A DNA stretch of 24,033 bases from an uncultured bacterium. Lineage in GTDB: Bacteria; Verrucomicrobiota; Verrucomicrobiia; Limisphaerales; UBA8199. The position numbers and the translations under genes are program-made. Below are positions 1 to 9,836 of the stretch, in pieces (within the stretch, counting starts at the first letter, position 1; the number at the start of each line of letters is the position of its first letter). Below the pieces are notes generated by a model that saw only the letters and a list, made by a program, of their open reading frames with translations, was not told where the DNA came from and made no database searches. The stretch spans positions 1 to 24,033 of the forward strand of contig CAVVMW010000011.1 in NCBI GenBank assembly GCA_963749495.1, in the 5' to 3' direction.

Positions 1-1640
1 ATGACGATCTGCTGCTGCGCATTGATCCGGTGCGACACGACGCCATGGCCGAGCAGTTCCACCCGCGCGTCGGCGCCGGCGGCATCAGCGCGGACGGCCT
101 GGAGGGTGAGTTGGCGTTCTGGCCATCCCAGCGTGAGGGCGTAAAGCGCGTCCCCTTTGGTGGTAAAACGAATGTCCCGGGCGCTGAAGGCCTGGTCGTG
201 TCCCTCGCTGAAGCCGCCTCCGCCGCTGCGCGTTGGGCCTTCGCCATAGACCAGCCACGGCCGCGTGCCGTAGATGGCCTCCCCGTTCACCTTGAGCCAA
301 GCACCCAGCTCGAGCAACAGCTTCTCCGCCCGCTCCGGAATGGAGCCGTCCGCGTTGGGCCCGACATTGAGCAGCAAGCAGCCGTTTTTCGCCACAATAT
401 CGGCGAGCACATGGATGAGATTCTCGGTCGAGCGGTACGGGTCGGCCTTGCGGTTGAACCACGGACCCAGCGCCGTATCGGTGAGCCAGGGATACGGCAC
501 CAGCCGGTCTTCACGCCCACGCTCGAAATCGAGGATACCGGTGTGCTCGTGAATCTCGCGGAACTTCTGCGCCACGGCGGATTCCTTGCCCTGCCCGGCG
601 GCCCAGTTGTAGTAATCGGCGAACATGCGTTGCTGGTATTCGGGCGTGATGACCTCGTGCAACTCGAAGTCGAACCAGATCATGTCGGGCTGGTACTGGC
701 GCGCGACCTCCATGACCATCGCCAGCCACTGGTCCTGAAAGCGCCGCGAGGGCGGGTCCTTCGGCCCGTGCGGCTCGCTGTAGAGCTGGAAGTTCCGGCC
801 GTCGGCGGCGTCGAACTGGAAAGCCGGCTCGTAATAGCGCCAGGCGAAGCCATGGTGGAAGGTGGTGATGAACTTGAGCCCGCGCGCTCGGTAGGCTCTG
901 GCCAATTCGCCGGTGATGTCACGCTTGGGCCCCATCTTCACCGAATTCCATGGTGTCACCGCGGAATCCCACATGGCGAAGTTGTCGTGGTGGACCGCGA
1001 CCGGGCCGGCGAACTTTGCCCCCGCGCGCGCGAAGAGGTCCGCCCACTTCTGCGGATCAAACTTGGGCGCCGTGAACCGCGGGATCACGTCCTTGTAGCC
1101 GAACGTGTGTTGGTCACCAAACCTCTGCCGGTGCCAGGCGAAGATGGGATTGTTGGTCAGATACATCTCGCGGCCATACCACTCGCCGCCCTGGGGCGCG
1201 TCTTCGCACCCGACCGTGACCGGCCCCCAGTGGGTGTAGATGCCAAACTTCGCATCGCGGAACCACTCCGGGTCCCGGTGTGCGTGGAGCGACTGCCAGT
1301 CCGGTTTGAAAGTGGGCTCAGGCGCCGTCCAAAAGGCCATCAGGATCTTCGACAGGATCTGTTCTCCATGGATGTAATAGTCCTTCTCGGCCGGTTCGTC
1401 TCGAACGTGGACATCCGGCGGGTACTTTGACGGCAACGCTCCTTCCTTGGGGAACGTCACGGGCGAATCCGCCATCATGTTGGCGGGATGCGCACGAGTG
1501 TTGACGGCATTCCGGTCCGCCGGCGCGGCGTCTTGGGCGCAGGCAGGCCAACTCAACAACAGGGGCAGTGTGACAAGAAGGTCTTGGAGAAGGGCAGTAA
1601 CCGTTGGCCGACGCCGAATCATATGCCGCATCTTAACCAT
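1..1640 (-). CDS. Alpha-L-fucosidase, GH29, secreted; 3' end lies beyond the window edge (absent from the ORF track)
   Basis: Translated by hand: FKPDWQSL...PEWFRDAKFGIYTHWG, EWYGREMY, KFDPQKWADLFARAGAKFAGPVAVHHDNFAMWDS, PDMIWFD (nucleophile), DFERG, DIVAKNGCLLLNVGP, WLKVNGEAIYGTRPW. Open to position 1. Start ATG at 1640 (alternatives 1631, 1622), followed by a signal-like LLVTLPLLLSWPACA. Confidence 0.93.
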   Translation of the reverse strand, partial: MVKMRHMIRRRPTVTALLQDLLVTLPLLLSWPACAQDAAPADRNAVNTRAHPANMMADSPVTFPKEGALPSKYPPDVHVRDEPAEKDYYIHGEQILSKILMAFWTAPEPTFKPDWQSLHAHRDPEWFRDAKFGIYTHWGPVTVGCEDAPQGGEWYGREMYLTNNPIFAWHRQRFGDQHTFGYKDVIPRFTAPKFDPQKWADLFARAGAKFAGPVAVHHDNFAMWDSAVTPWNSVKMGPKRDITGELARAYRARGLKFITTFHHGFAWRYYEPAFQFDAADGRNFQLYSEPHGPKDPPSRRFQDQWLAMVMEVARQYQPDMIWFDFELHEVITPEYQQRMFADYYNWAAGQGKESAVAQKFREIHEHTGILDFERGREDRLVPYPWLTDTALGPWFNRKADPYRSTENLIHVLADIVAKNGCLLLNVGPNADGSIPERAEKLLLELGAWLKVNGEAIYGTRPWLVYGEGPTRSGGGGFSEGHDQAFSARDIRFTTKGDALYALTLGWPERQLTLQAVRADAAGADARVELLGHGVVSHRINAQQQIV

Positions 1641-1698
1641 CCACCTGAGCCTGTCCACCTGGATGATTCGCCAAGTATTCCCTGATCAGACGGGTACG

Positions 1699-2883
1699 TT
1701 AGAAGAGCATCTGCTCGATGAAGGGCGCCTGCGCCGGGCGCACCTTGCCGTCCTCCCCGACGCAGCCGTTCGGATTCTGCCCGGTCAGGCACCCCCAGGC
1801 CCACCAATCGCCGCTGATGGGCTGCCGGCAGGCCGTGATCTTCGGCCCTGCAGGCGCCTTCCCATTCATGTAGTCGAGCAGCGTCCGGCCCCACTCCCTC
1901 GAGGTGGTGGAGGTCATCGAGGCGCCCATCTCGCCGATCCAAACCGGCGCAACATCCTCAGTAATAAGCCAGCCCCACATCTTGTTCATACGCTGGATGT
2001 AGCCGACGCCCGACTCCGGCCCCTTGTACTCGCCGATTTCCTTGGGATATTCATGCACCGAATAGATCAGCTTGGCGGGATTGCTCAGGACGACCGAGAG
2101 GCCGCGGACCACTGAAAGGTCCCCCTCGAACGCTCCGGTCTTGTAGTTGATGACCGCCTCGCAGATAATGAGCGCATCGGGGTTCACCGCGAGGACGGCA
2201 TTGCCGACGGCCTCGTACATCGCATGGATGTCGGTCGGCCCCTTGCCTCCCCATAGTGCCGGGGTCTTGGTGTGGGCGCAGGGCTCGTTGCGGAGGTCGA
2301 ATCCGATGACTGTCGGATTGCCGGCCCAGTGCCTGGCGAAAGCCGCCCAGTCCTTCTGGAACTTCGCCGCGCTGATCGTGCCCCGGTTGCCGGCGCCATC
2401 CGTGCCGTCGGTTCCCGGTCCAGTGTCGAACCACAACCCGTTCTTCTGCTGGGCGGCATTTTCCCAGTCTGCGGGTGTGGCCTCATTATTGTGGTTGTCA
2501 AAAATCACCTTGAGTCCGGCCTTCTTGCAGGCGGCGACAAATTCGTCGAGTTGCGCCATCGCCCCGGTATCGTCGAGTGTCTTGTTGATCCAATCCACGC
2601 GGACACAGTTGAAGCCGATGGCCCGCATCGCGGCGACGTGGCCGACGATGCCCTTGAACGGCCCCACCAATTGCAGCCGCCCGCCAACGACGTTCATCCC
2701 GGTCAGCCCCACGCAGGCAATGCGCACGGGCGAACCGTCCGGGCCGACAATGGCGCTGCCGCTCCCGCTTAGGAAGCCGGCCGGGAGCAGGGCGCCAGGC
2801 GGCTTCGTTGGCTCGGGCGGGGAGGACCCGGCCAGCGAACAGGCGACAGGACCGAGCAGTGCGGCAAAGAGGAAACGGTTCAT
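1699..2883 (-). CDS. Glycoside hydrolase family 5 (cellulase-family endoglycanase), secreted
   Basis: 394-aa ORF with GFNCVRV, KVIFDNH, GFDLRNEP (acid/base Glu), YSVHEY and PVWIGEMG (nucleophile Glu); hydrophobic N-terminus. Confidence 0.9.
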   Translation of the reverse strand: MNRFLFAALLGPVACSLAGSSPPEPTKPPGALLPAGFLSGSGSAIVGPDGSPVRIACVGLTGMNVVGGRLQLVGPFKGIVGHVAAMRAIGFNCVRVDWINKTLDDTGAMAQLDEFVAACKKAGLKVIFDNHNNEATPADWENAAQQKNGLWFDTGPGTDGTDGAGNRGTISAAKFQKDWAAFARHWAGNPTVIGFDLRNEPCAHTKTPALWGGKGPTDIHAMYEAVGNAVLAVNPDALIICEAVINYKTGAFEGDLSVVRGLSVVLSNPAKLIYSVHEYPKEIGEYKGPESGVGYIQRMNKMWGWLITEDVAPVWIGEMGASMTSTTSREWGRTLLDYMNGKAPAGPKITACRQPISGDWWAWGCLTGQNPNGCVGEDGKVRPAQAPFIEQMLF

Positions 2884-3113
2884 TGCGCGGCCCCAAAATG
2901 GGTCCCCCGAGGCTCCCGTGCCAAGCCAAAACGCACGATGTGGTCAGCTCCCTCTCCGCCCAACAACCGAATTCACTCCCGGCCTGGTTTATGGCAGCTT
3001 TACATCGGACTAAGTCCCATATCGTTTATGTGTTTACCGCTCTTGGAGGAACCGAAGTGTCGGGATTACGGGAGCTTGAACCCGGCCCCGCCCGGCTCTA
3101 TACCCGTTGGGTC

Positions 3114-4923
3114 ATGCAGACTCAAGAAAGTCTCGCCGAGCGGCTGGTTTGGGCCCTTCGCCAGACCATGCCTCCATGTTGCCTGGTGTGCGCCAGTGTG
3201 CTCTTAACCTCTGGGGGCATTTCGCTCCGAGCCGCAACCTACACCGTGGCCCAACGCGACCAGAGGGCGAGCGACGACGGGCCCGGCACCGCCGAGCGAC
3301 CGTGGAAGAGCCTCACCAAAGCCGCCGAGACCGCGGGGCCCGGGGACATCGTTCTAATCAGGGGCGGTCTTTACCGGGAACGTGTCTTGGTCAAAACGGG
3401 CGGGACGGCGGAAAGGCCCATCCGTTTCCAAGCCGCTCCTGGGGCGCACGTCGTGCTCACCGGTGCCGACCGGCTGACCGGTTGGCAGAGGGTCGAGGGT
3501 GACCGGCCGGTTTACCGAGTCCACTGGCCCTACCGGTTTATCACCTGGTCCAGGCATAATGCGCACCCCGATGACCTCTACCACCGCCTTATCGGCCGGT
3601 GCGAACAGGTGGCCATCGAGGGCTATCTCCTGCGCCAGGTGCTCGAAACCAGCCAATTGGCTCCCGGCACTTTCAGCGTGGACCTCTCCAACCAGGTTCT
3701 CCTGGCGTGGGACCCCGCAAACCGCGACCTGAACAAGGTGTCTGTGGAGGGCTCGGCGCGGCAGGAGATCCTCCGGGTCGAAGGCGCACATGTGCAGGTG
3801 CGCGGGCTGCGTTTCCGATTCGCCGCCAACATGGCCCAGCACGGGGCGGTGGTGTTGGCCGGGGCCCAGCGATCTCCTGGAGGATTGCGTCATCGAGGCA
3901 ATGAACGCCAGCGGGGCGACCTTGGCCGGCCAGGATCAGATCGTCCGCCGCTGTGTGTTTCGGGACAACGGGCAGTTGGGCTTTGGCGCCAATGGCGCCC
4001 ACCGCTTGCTTTTCACCGAGTGCCGGGTCGAGAACAACAACACCAAAGGTTTTGATCGCGGCTGGGAGGCCGGCGGCGACAAACTGGTCTTGTGCCGCGA
4101 CGCCAGGCTCGAGCGCAGTCAGTTCCTGCGCAACCGCGGCAATGGCATCTGGTTCGACATCGGCAACGAACACTGCACGGTGCGCCAATGCCTGATAGCT
4201 GACAATGAGGATGCCGGGATCTTCCATGAGATCTCCTTTGGCTTGCAGGCGCACGACAACGTGATTGTGGGCAACGGCTTTGCGGAGACGCCCGGGGCAT
4301 GGGGCGCGCAGGCCGGGGTCGCCCTTTCCAGCAGCCCGGATTGCGTCATCGAGCGGAACCTGATCATCGGCAACCGCGAAGGGTTCAACTTCCGCGAGCA
4401 GGAGCGCACCACCCGCCGCATCGGCCAGCGAGGCGAGGTCCCGATCTGGAACCACGATGAGCTGATCCGGCACAACCTGCTCGCCTTCAACCGGGATGCC
4501 CAGGTCTGGGGCTGGTTCGACGTGAAGGACAATCGCCATTGGCCTGCGGCCATGCGGACCGGGCCCGGCATCGGGAACGCGGACAACGCGCCCGGAAACG
4601 ACGGACAAAAGAAACCGGAGAAGGCGCTGAGGCTGGAAGACCTTCGGCTGCGCTTCGAGACCAACGTCTATTTTGCGGCGCCGGGGCAAGGATGGTTTGA
4701 ATGGGGTGTCCCTTGGGGGCGCCACAAGAGTTATGCCAGCCTGAGCGACTTCCAGGCCGACCTCGCCATCGATAGCGGTGGTTGCGTGACCGATCCGGGT
4801 TTCCTGGACATCCTGGCGCGGGATTATCGAATCAGCCGCGCGGCGATGGATCCACTGGCGGAGGTCTATCCGCAAGGCCCAGTGCCGGGGGTCATTTTGG
4901 GCGTCCAGCCTGGCACGCCCTGA
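3114..4923 (+). CDS. Secreted right-handed parallel beta-helix protein (DUF1565-like N-terminus), ~602 aa, one +1 frameshift at ~3861-3867
   Basis: N-part (frame of ORF 2808): ASDDGPGTAERPWKSLTKAA...PGDIVLIRGGLYRE...GGTAERPIRF. C-part (frame of ORF 3790): VENNNTKGF, GNGIWFDIGN, GIFHEIS, TDPGFLD. Removing one base in GGGGCCC joins the frames (...VLAGASDLLEDCVIE...). Confidence 0.8.
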
Positions 4924-4956
4924 GAATGCCCAATATCTCTGGGAGAATTGCAGCGT

Positions 4957-5925
4957 ATGATCCCGTTTCTTCCGTTGGCAGGTTCAGTTGTGGACACGAT
5001 CGGTCGCACTCCGATGGTGGAGCTGCACAAACTGCGCGCCAGGCTGAAGCTCGAGGGCCGATTGCTGGCCAAGCTGGAGTACTTCAACCCGGGCTTCAGC
5101 AAGAAGGACCGCATCGCTCTGGAGATGATCCGCGGCGCCCGGACGAGAGGGGACTTGCGCCCCGGGCAGACCGTGGTGGAACTGACCAGCGGCAACACCG
5201 GCACCGGCCTGGCCATCGTCTGCCGGGCGCTGGGCCACCCCTTCATCGCTGTGATGAGCAAGGGCAACACCATCGAGCGGGCGCGGATGATGGCGGCCCT
5301 GGGCGCCCAGGTGGTGCGCGTGGACCAAGCGCCAGGCTCGCAGCCCCATCAGGTTTCCGGGGCGGACCTGGCGCTGGTTGAGGAGAAGGCCCGGCAACTT
5401 GTGCGGGAGCATGGCGCCTTTCGTGCCGATCAGTTCCGCCTCGAGGACAACGTCCTGGCGCATCAGCGGCACACCGGTCCCGAAATCTGGGAGCAATCGG
5501 AAGGCCGCGTCACGGCTTTCGTGGATTTCGCGGGCACGGGCGGCTCGTTCACCGGTGTCATGCGTGCGCTCAAGGAGCGGAATCCGGCGGTGCGCGGATA
5601 CCTGGTTGAGCCTGCATCGGCTCCCGCGCTGGCTGGCGAACCAGTCACAAATCAGAGCCACGTGATTCAAGGCGGCGGCTACTCCATGGCTGACCTGCCG
5701 CTATTGGATCGGGGATTGGTGACAGATTACCTCAAAGTCACGGACTCTGCGGCCATGGAGGCGGCGCGTCTGTTGGCGCAAGAGGAGGGCATCTTCGGCG
5801 GGTTTTCGGCAGGAGCGAATCTCGCCGGCGCGGTGCAGGTTCTTCAAGCCGGCGAGCGTCGTGCCGTTGCCTTTCTCATCTGCGACAGCGGGCTCAAATA
5901 CCTGAGCACCGACCTCTACCCTTGA
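4957..5925 (+). CDS. PLP-dependent cysteine synthase family protein (fold type II)
   Basis: IGRTPMV, KLEYFNPGFSKKDRIA (PLP lysine region), ELTSGNTGTGLA, HTGPEIWEQ, AGTGGSFTG, EEGIFGGFSAGAN, CDSGLKYLST. ATG at 4957, 33 bp after the upstream stop. Confidence 0.88.
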   Translation: MIPFLPLAGSVVDTIGRTPMVELHKLRARLKLEGRLLAKLEYFNPGFSKKDRIALEMIRGARTRGDLRPGQTVVELTSGNTGTGLAIVCRALGHPFIAVMSKGNTIERARMMAALGAQVVRVDQAPGSQPHQVSGADLALVEEKARQLVREHGAFRADQFRLEDNVLAHQRHTGPEIWEQSEGRVTAFVDFAGTGGSFTGVMRALKERNPAVRGYLVEPASAPALAGEPVTNQSHVIQGGGYSMADLPLLDRGLVTDYLKVTDSAAMEAARLLAQEEGIFGGFSAGANLAGAVQVLQAGERRAVAFLICDSGLKYLSTDLYP

Positions 5926-5980
5926 ACGAAAGACACAGTTGCGTCTCATTGCGAGAGGACCACGAACACCTTGCCGCTTG

Positions 5981-7521
5981 TCAGGGCGTCCGACGCGGCT
6001 CACTGGTGCGGGCCAGGAGTTCGCGGAGAGCCTTGAGTTTATCCGGGTAAGCGGGGGCGAGGTCGCGGGTTTCGCCCGGATCGGCGGCCAGATCGAAGAG
6101 GAAGCCCGGCTCGAGGACGGTGACCTGGGTCCAGGGCCCGAGGCCATCGTTTACCCGGCCAGGAGGGATGAACTTCCAGTTGCCCTCTCGGATGGACAGG
6201 CGGTTGGCGTATTCGATGAGGTGCGCGCGCCCGGTCTTGGAGTCGCCGAGGAGCGCAGGCAGGACGTTCATGCTGTCCGGCATGGTGACGGGGTCGGGTT
6301 TGGCGCCGGTGAGCGCCCCCATTGTGGCGGACAGGTCAACCTGGCTGATCAGGGCGTCAGTCACGCCGGCTTTGACGCGGCCAGGCCATCGGACCAGGAA
6401 AGGCATCCGGGTGCCGCCCTCGAAGAGGCTGTATTTGCCCGCGCGGAAAGGGCCAGCCGGCTTGTGGTTGCCGAGTTTCTCGTTGGCCCAGTCTTTGTAG
6501 CCGTCGTCGAGCACTGGCCCATTGTCGCTGCTGAGCATCACCAGCGTGTTGTCAGCCAAGCCCAGCCGGTCGAGAGCCTTGAGGATTTCGCCGACACAGG
6601 CATCAAATTCCACGATGGCGTCGCCGCGGGGACCCATCGTGGTCTGCCCGACGAAGCGGGGATTCGGAACCCGAGGCACGTGGATGTCATGGGTGGCGAA
6701 GTAGAGAAAGAACGGCCGGTCTTTGACTCGCTCGATGAAGGCCAAGGCGTGTTTGGTGAACTGGTCGGCCATGTCCTCGTCCTTCCAGAGAGTGGCCTTG
6801 CCGCCTTTGCTGAAGCCGATGCGCCCGATGCCGTTGACCACCGCCTGGTTGTGGCCATGGCTCCAGTCCATTTTGAGCAACGCGCGGTTCTCGACGCCGG
6901 TCGGTTCACCGGGGTAGGCCTCTTTGTAGTTCACGAAGATGGGGTCTTCGGAAAGCAGCCCGACCACCCGATGGTTCTCGATATAGACGCAGGGCACGCG
7001 GTCGCCCGTGGCCGCCATGATGAAGGAGTAATCGAAGCCCACTTCGAGGGGGCCGGGCTTGATCTCGCCGTTCCAGTCAATTCCGGCATGGGCGTCGCCC
7101 AGGCCCAGATGCCATTTGCCGACCACGGCCGTGGTGTAGCCGGCGGACTTGAGGAGCGAGGGCAAAGTGGCGCGGCCCGGCTCGATAATGAGGGCGGCAT
7201 CTCCGGGGAGCACGCCCGTGCCCTGCTTGCGAAAGGCATACTCGCCGGTGAGCAGCGAATAGCGTGAGGGGGTGCAGGTGGCGGAAGTCGAGTAGGCGCT
7301 GGTGAACCTTAAGCCCTCACGGGCGAGACGGTCCACGTTCGGCGTCTGGACGGCCGTCGCGCCGTTGAAACCCAGAATCGCCATAGCCGATGTCATCGCC
7401 GTAGAGCAGGACGATATTGGGCAGGCGCGCCGACGGGGCGCTTTGGAGATCGAGAACTCAGTCCGAGCAGGCTGAGGGCCATCATCAAGACCCACCGAAC
7501 CATGCACGGGAGCATTTTCAT
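5981..7521 (-). CDS. Formylglycine-dependent S1 sulfatase (arylsulfatase-like, possibly S1_15), ~512 aa, two +1 frameshifts (~7455 and ~7377)
   Basis: CTPSRYSLLTG (CxPxR), VGKWHLG, SSDNGP, GKYSLFEGGTRMPF, LFDLAADPGE. The true N-terminus is spread over two other frames: signal MKMLPCMVRWVLMMALSLLGL from ATG 7521, then LPNIVLLYGDDIGYGD. Removing one T at each site restores a single ORF. Confidence 0.9.
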
Positions 7522-7593
7522 GAGACGAAAGAGGCCAGTAATCTCATGGCCTGACTTTATCCTGTTTCCCCATTCCACATGCAAGAAAATCAA

Positions 7594-8635
7594 TTACTTC
7601 CCCAGCCAAATGACTCCGCGTTCGTCCTTTCTTATCTGACGCCGAGCGTCTTCTTCAAGATTAGAGGAGTAGAGCAGGAAGCGCAGCTTCTCAATCGCGC
7701 CGGCGCGTTCCATGACCCCTTGGACCGTGCTCACGACTGTGGCGCAATATGCGGACCATGCCCTGTGGTTGCGCACGTTCCCGACGGCTTGAGCGGCGGC
7801 GGTGAAATTCTCCACGCCGAGGGCCTCCTGGACCAGGCGCAAACCAGGGCCGCGGGGATTGACAGGCTCGGTGAAAATCTCCTCAGCACCGCGGGCCAAG
7901 CAGAACTGGACCAACTCAGTGACGCTCGCCTCGTCATCGGCGATGCCGGGCAGAAGGGGACACAGCACACCGTAGGTTCGCAGGCCACGGCGATGGGCCT
8001 CCTTTAACGCCGCCATGCGATCCCCCATCGGGGAAGCGTTCCGCTCAATGGCAGCCAATTCGCGTTCCTTGGCGGGGGTCCCGGTAAGGCTGAGGCCGAC
8101 AAGAACGCGCTCCCGATAGTTTTCGACTACTTCGAAATCACGTCGCACACTGGCGTTCTTGGTCAAAATCCGGACCGACCAGCCTGGCTCCTGAAGGATG
8201 GCCTGCAGGCAACGACGCCCGAGATCGTACAGACTGAGCCTCGGGCGCCCAAGCGTCCACAATCGTGCAAAGCTGAACGAGGCCCCGAGAACCCATTCGG
8301 TGTGCGTCCTGGGCAACGCGTTCCGCAATCCCCGGATCGAGGATCGAGTAACCATAATCGAAAGGGGATTCCCCAACCTCCTTGAATGCCCTGTGCATCC
8401 GCATTTGGGCGCCCGTGCTGCAATAGTAACAGTCGTGGCCGCACTTGATGCCCACATTCACGGAGAATTGGGCGAGTTTCTTCTTCTCGAACTCTCGCGT
8501 CCGGCGGATGCCGCTGGTCAGTTCGACCTCGTGTATTCTCGTCCCGTGGATGCTCATTTGGGACTGGACTTGGTCCGCGGCCTGCGCCGGAAGGCCACCC
8601 AATCCGGGAAGATTGCGTAATAATGTCTTTTTCAT
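7594..8635 (-). CDS. Radical SAM protein, SplB/spore-photoproduct-lyase-like (COG1533-type), ~346 aa, one +1 frameshift at ~8233
   Basis: N-half (ORF 8138-8809): SVNVGIKCGHDCYYC (CxxxCxxC) and QLCTIVDAW. C-half (ORF 7594-8457): RILTKN, VGLSLT, IERNASPMGDRMAALKEA, CPLLPGI. The halves join as EAQ|LYDLGRRCL. Start ATG 8635 or 8557. Confidence 0.82.
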
Positions 8636-8953
8636 ATTGCAATTTCGTCTGGCACTGTTATTTGCGGCCCTGCGACAGACAGGGCACGACAAGGGTATTC
8701 TAGGGCTTTTGTTGCGCCGGTGCAGAACCGGTCTTTCGGCGTCTTCCCCACCAGCCGCCAAGAATGATCCGCTAGAGAGGGGGCTACGGTGCTCACCTAC
8801 ACCGGACAAGGGAGTACAAGGCTGGAAATATCAATACCGTGGTTCCTAGATGGGTTTGGTCCCCCCAGCTTCAGCGATGAGTGAGCGCATTCTCTTGACC
8901 GGGTCAACGCGGGGCGGCGTACGCCGGCGATAGTCGGCGAATCGGAGAGCAAC

Positions 8954-9250
8954 ATGCGGCTCGCCATAACAGAAGAGGCGATCGACCGTGACCTGACCGG
9001 AGAAGACCTCCTGAAGGCCATCAAGGAGGCGAATCCGCTCTCCAAGTCGAAGGCCCCGGAGGTGGAGGCCATGGCGAAATGGGCTGAGAACAACGCGCTC
9101 AACGCCAGCCGGCTGAGAAGGGCAAAGCCTCCGGCAAAACCGGGGCGGAGGGAGCGGAGTAGAGGCGAGAGCCGCTTTGTTGTGCGGCACGGCGGCCTGA
9201 ATTCTCCTCTTGCGGCATCGCCCACGAGTAATTACAGTAATTACGAATGA
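8954..9250 (+). pseudogene. Orphan C-terminal fragment of an AAA-family ATPase (Ycf46-like tail)
   Basis: RDLTGEDLLKAIKEANPLSKSKAPEVEAMAKWAENNALNAS matches the remembered pattern of Ycf46-type AAA C-termini. No Walker motifs upstream; in-frame TGA at 8882. Confidence 0.55.
9210..9244 (+). promoter_or_regulatory. Sigma70-type promoter and palindromic operator of the TA operon
   Basis: TTGCGG (9210-9215) -N17- TACAGT (9233-9238). GTAATTAC-A-GTAATTAC (9228-9244) is two tandem perfect palindromes covering the -10. ATG at 9247 has no Shine-Dalgarno sequence. Confidence 0.75.
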
Positions 9251-9516
9251 AGACGATCGAAGTGGCGGTTACCCGCATAGGGAACTCAAGGGGCATCAGG
9301 CTGCCTGCGGAGGTCCTGCGCCGTTATCGAGTGCAGGACATCCTCCTGATGGAACAAAGACCCGACGAGATCGCGCTGCGCCCTAAACGAGCGCGCCGCG
9401 GGAAGCTCACCTGGGCGGAGACTTACCAGCAGATGGCCCAGGCGAACGAGGACTGGACAGATTGGGAGGCCGCTGGCGAAGGGCTGTCGAGCCTGCCCGG
9501 CGAGGTGGCCGGGTGA
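9247..9516 (+). CDS. mazE: AbrB/MazE/SpoVT-family antitoxin
   Basis: 89 aa; VTRIGNSRGIRLPAEVL is the AbrB/MazE swapped-hairpin signature; acidic C-terminal tail; its stop overlaps the toxin start (GTGA). Confidence 0.88.
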   Translation: MKTIEVAVTRIGNSRGIRLPAEVLRRYRVQDILLMEQRPDEIALRPKRARRGKLTWAETYQQMAQANEDWTDWEAAGEGLSSLPGEVAG

Positions 9517-9836
9517 AACGCTACGATGTTTATCTGGCGCGCCTCGACCCCGTAGAAGGCACAGAGATGGGCAAAACTCGTCCAGTCGTCATCGTCAGTG
9601 ACGACCTGAGGAACCGGGCGCTGCCGAATGTCGTGTGCTGTCCGCTGACCAAACAGTTGCACCCCGACTGGCGGAGCCGCTTGCAGGTACGTTGTGGCGG
9701 CCTGCTGGCCGAGGTGGCTGTGGACCAAATTCGTGTGCTGAGCAAGTCGCGTTTCACCCGCAAAATTGGCCATCTTTCCACCACGGACGCTGAGGAACTG
9801 CGGCGCCTCATCGCAGAGATGTATGCTACGGCATAA
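9513..9836 (+). CDS. mazF: PemK/MazF-family endoribonuclease toxin
   Basis: GTG start at 9513; 107 aa with RYDVYLARLDPVEGTEMGKTRPVVIVS, CCPLT, VDQIRVLSKSRF...KIGHLS. Confidence 0.92.
   Translation: MKRYDVYLARLDPVEGTEMGKTRPVVIVSDDLRNRALPNVVCCPLTKQLHPDWRSRLQVRCGGLLAEVAVDQIRVLSKSRFTRKIGHLSTTDAEELRRLIAEMYATA

Noticed and set aside
30..1430. 466-aa plus-strand ORF
   Set aside because: Antisense shadow of the GH29 gene, which the ORF track missed because it has no stop in the window; no recognisable motifs.
7380..7507. ORF-track N-terminus of the sulfatase (MHGSVGLDD...)
   Set aside because: Wrong frame caused by two indels; the real signal peptide and the PNIVLLYGDDIGYGD motif are in other frames.
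8667..8685. Small hairpin GCCCTG-N7-CAGGGC upstream of the radical SAM gene
   Set aside because: A 6-bp GC stem with no U-tract is expected by chance.
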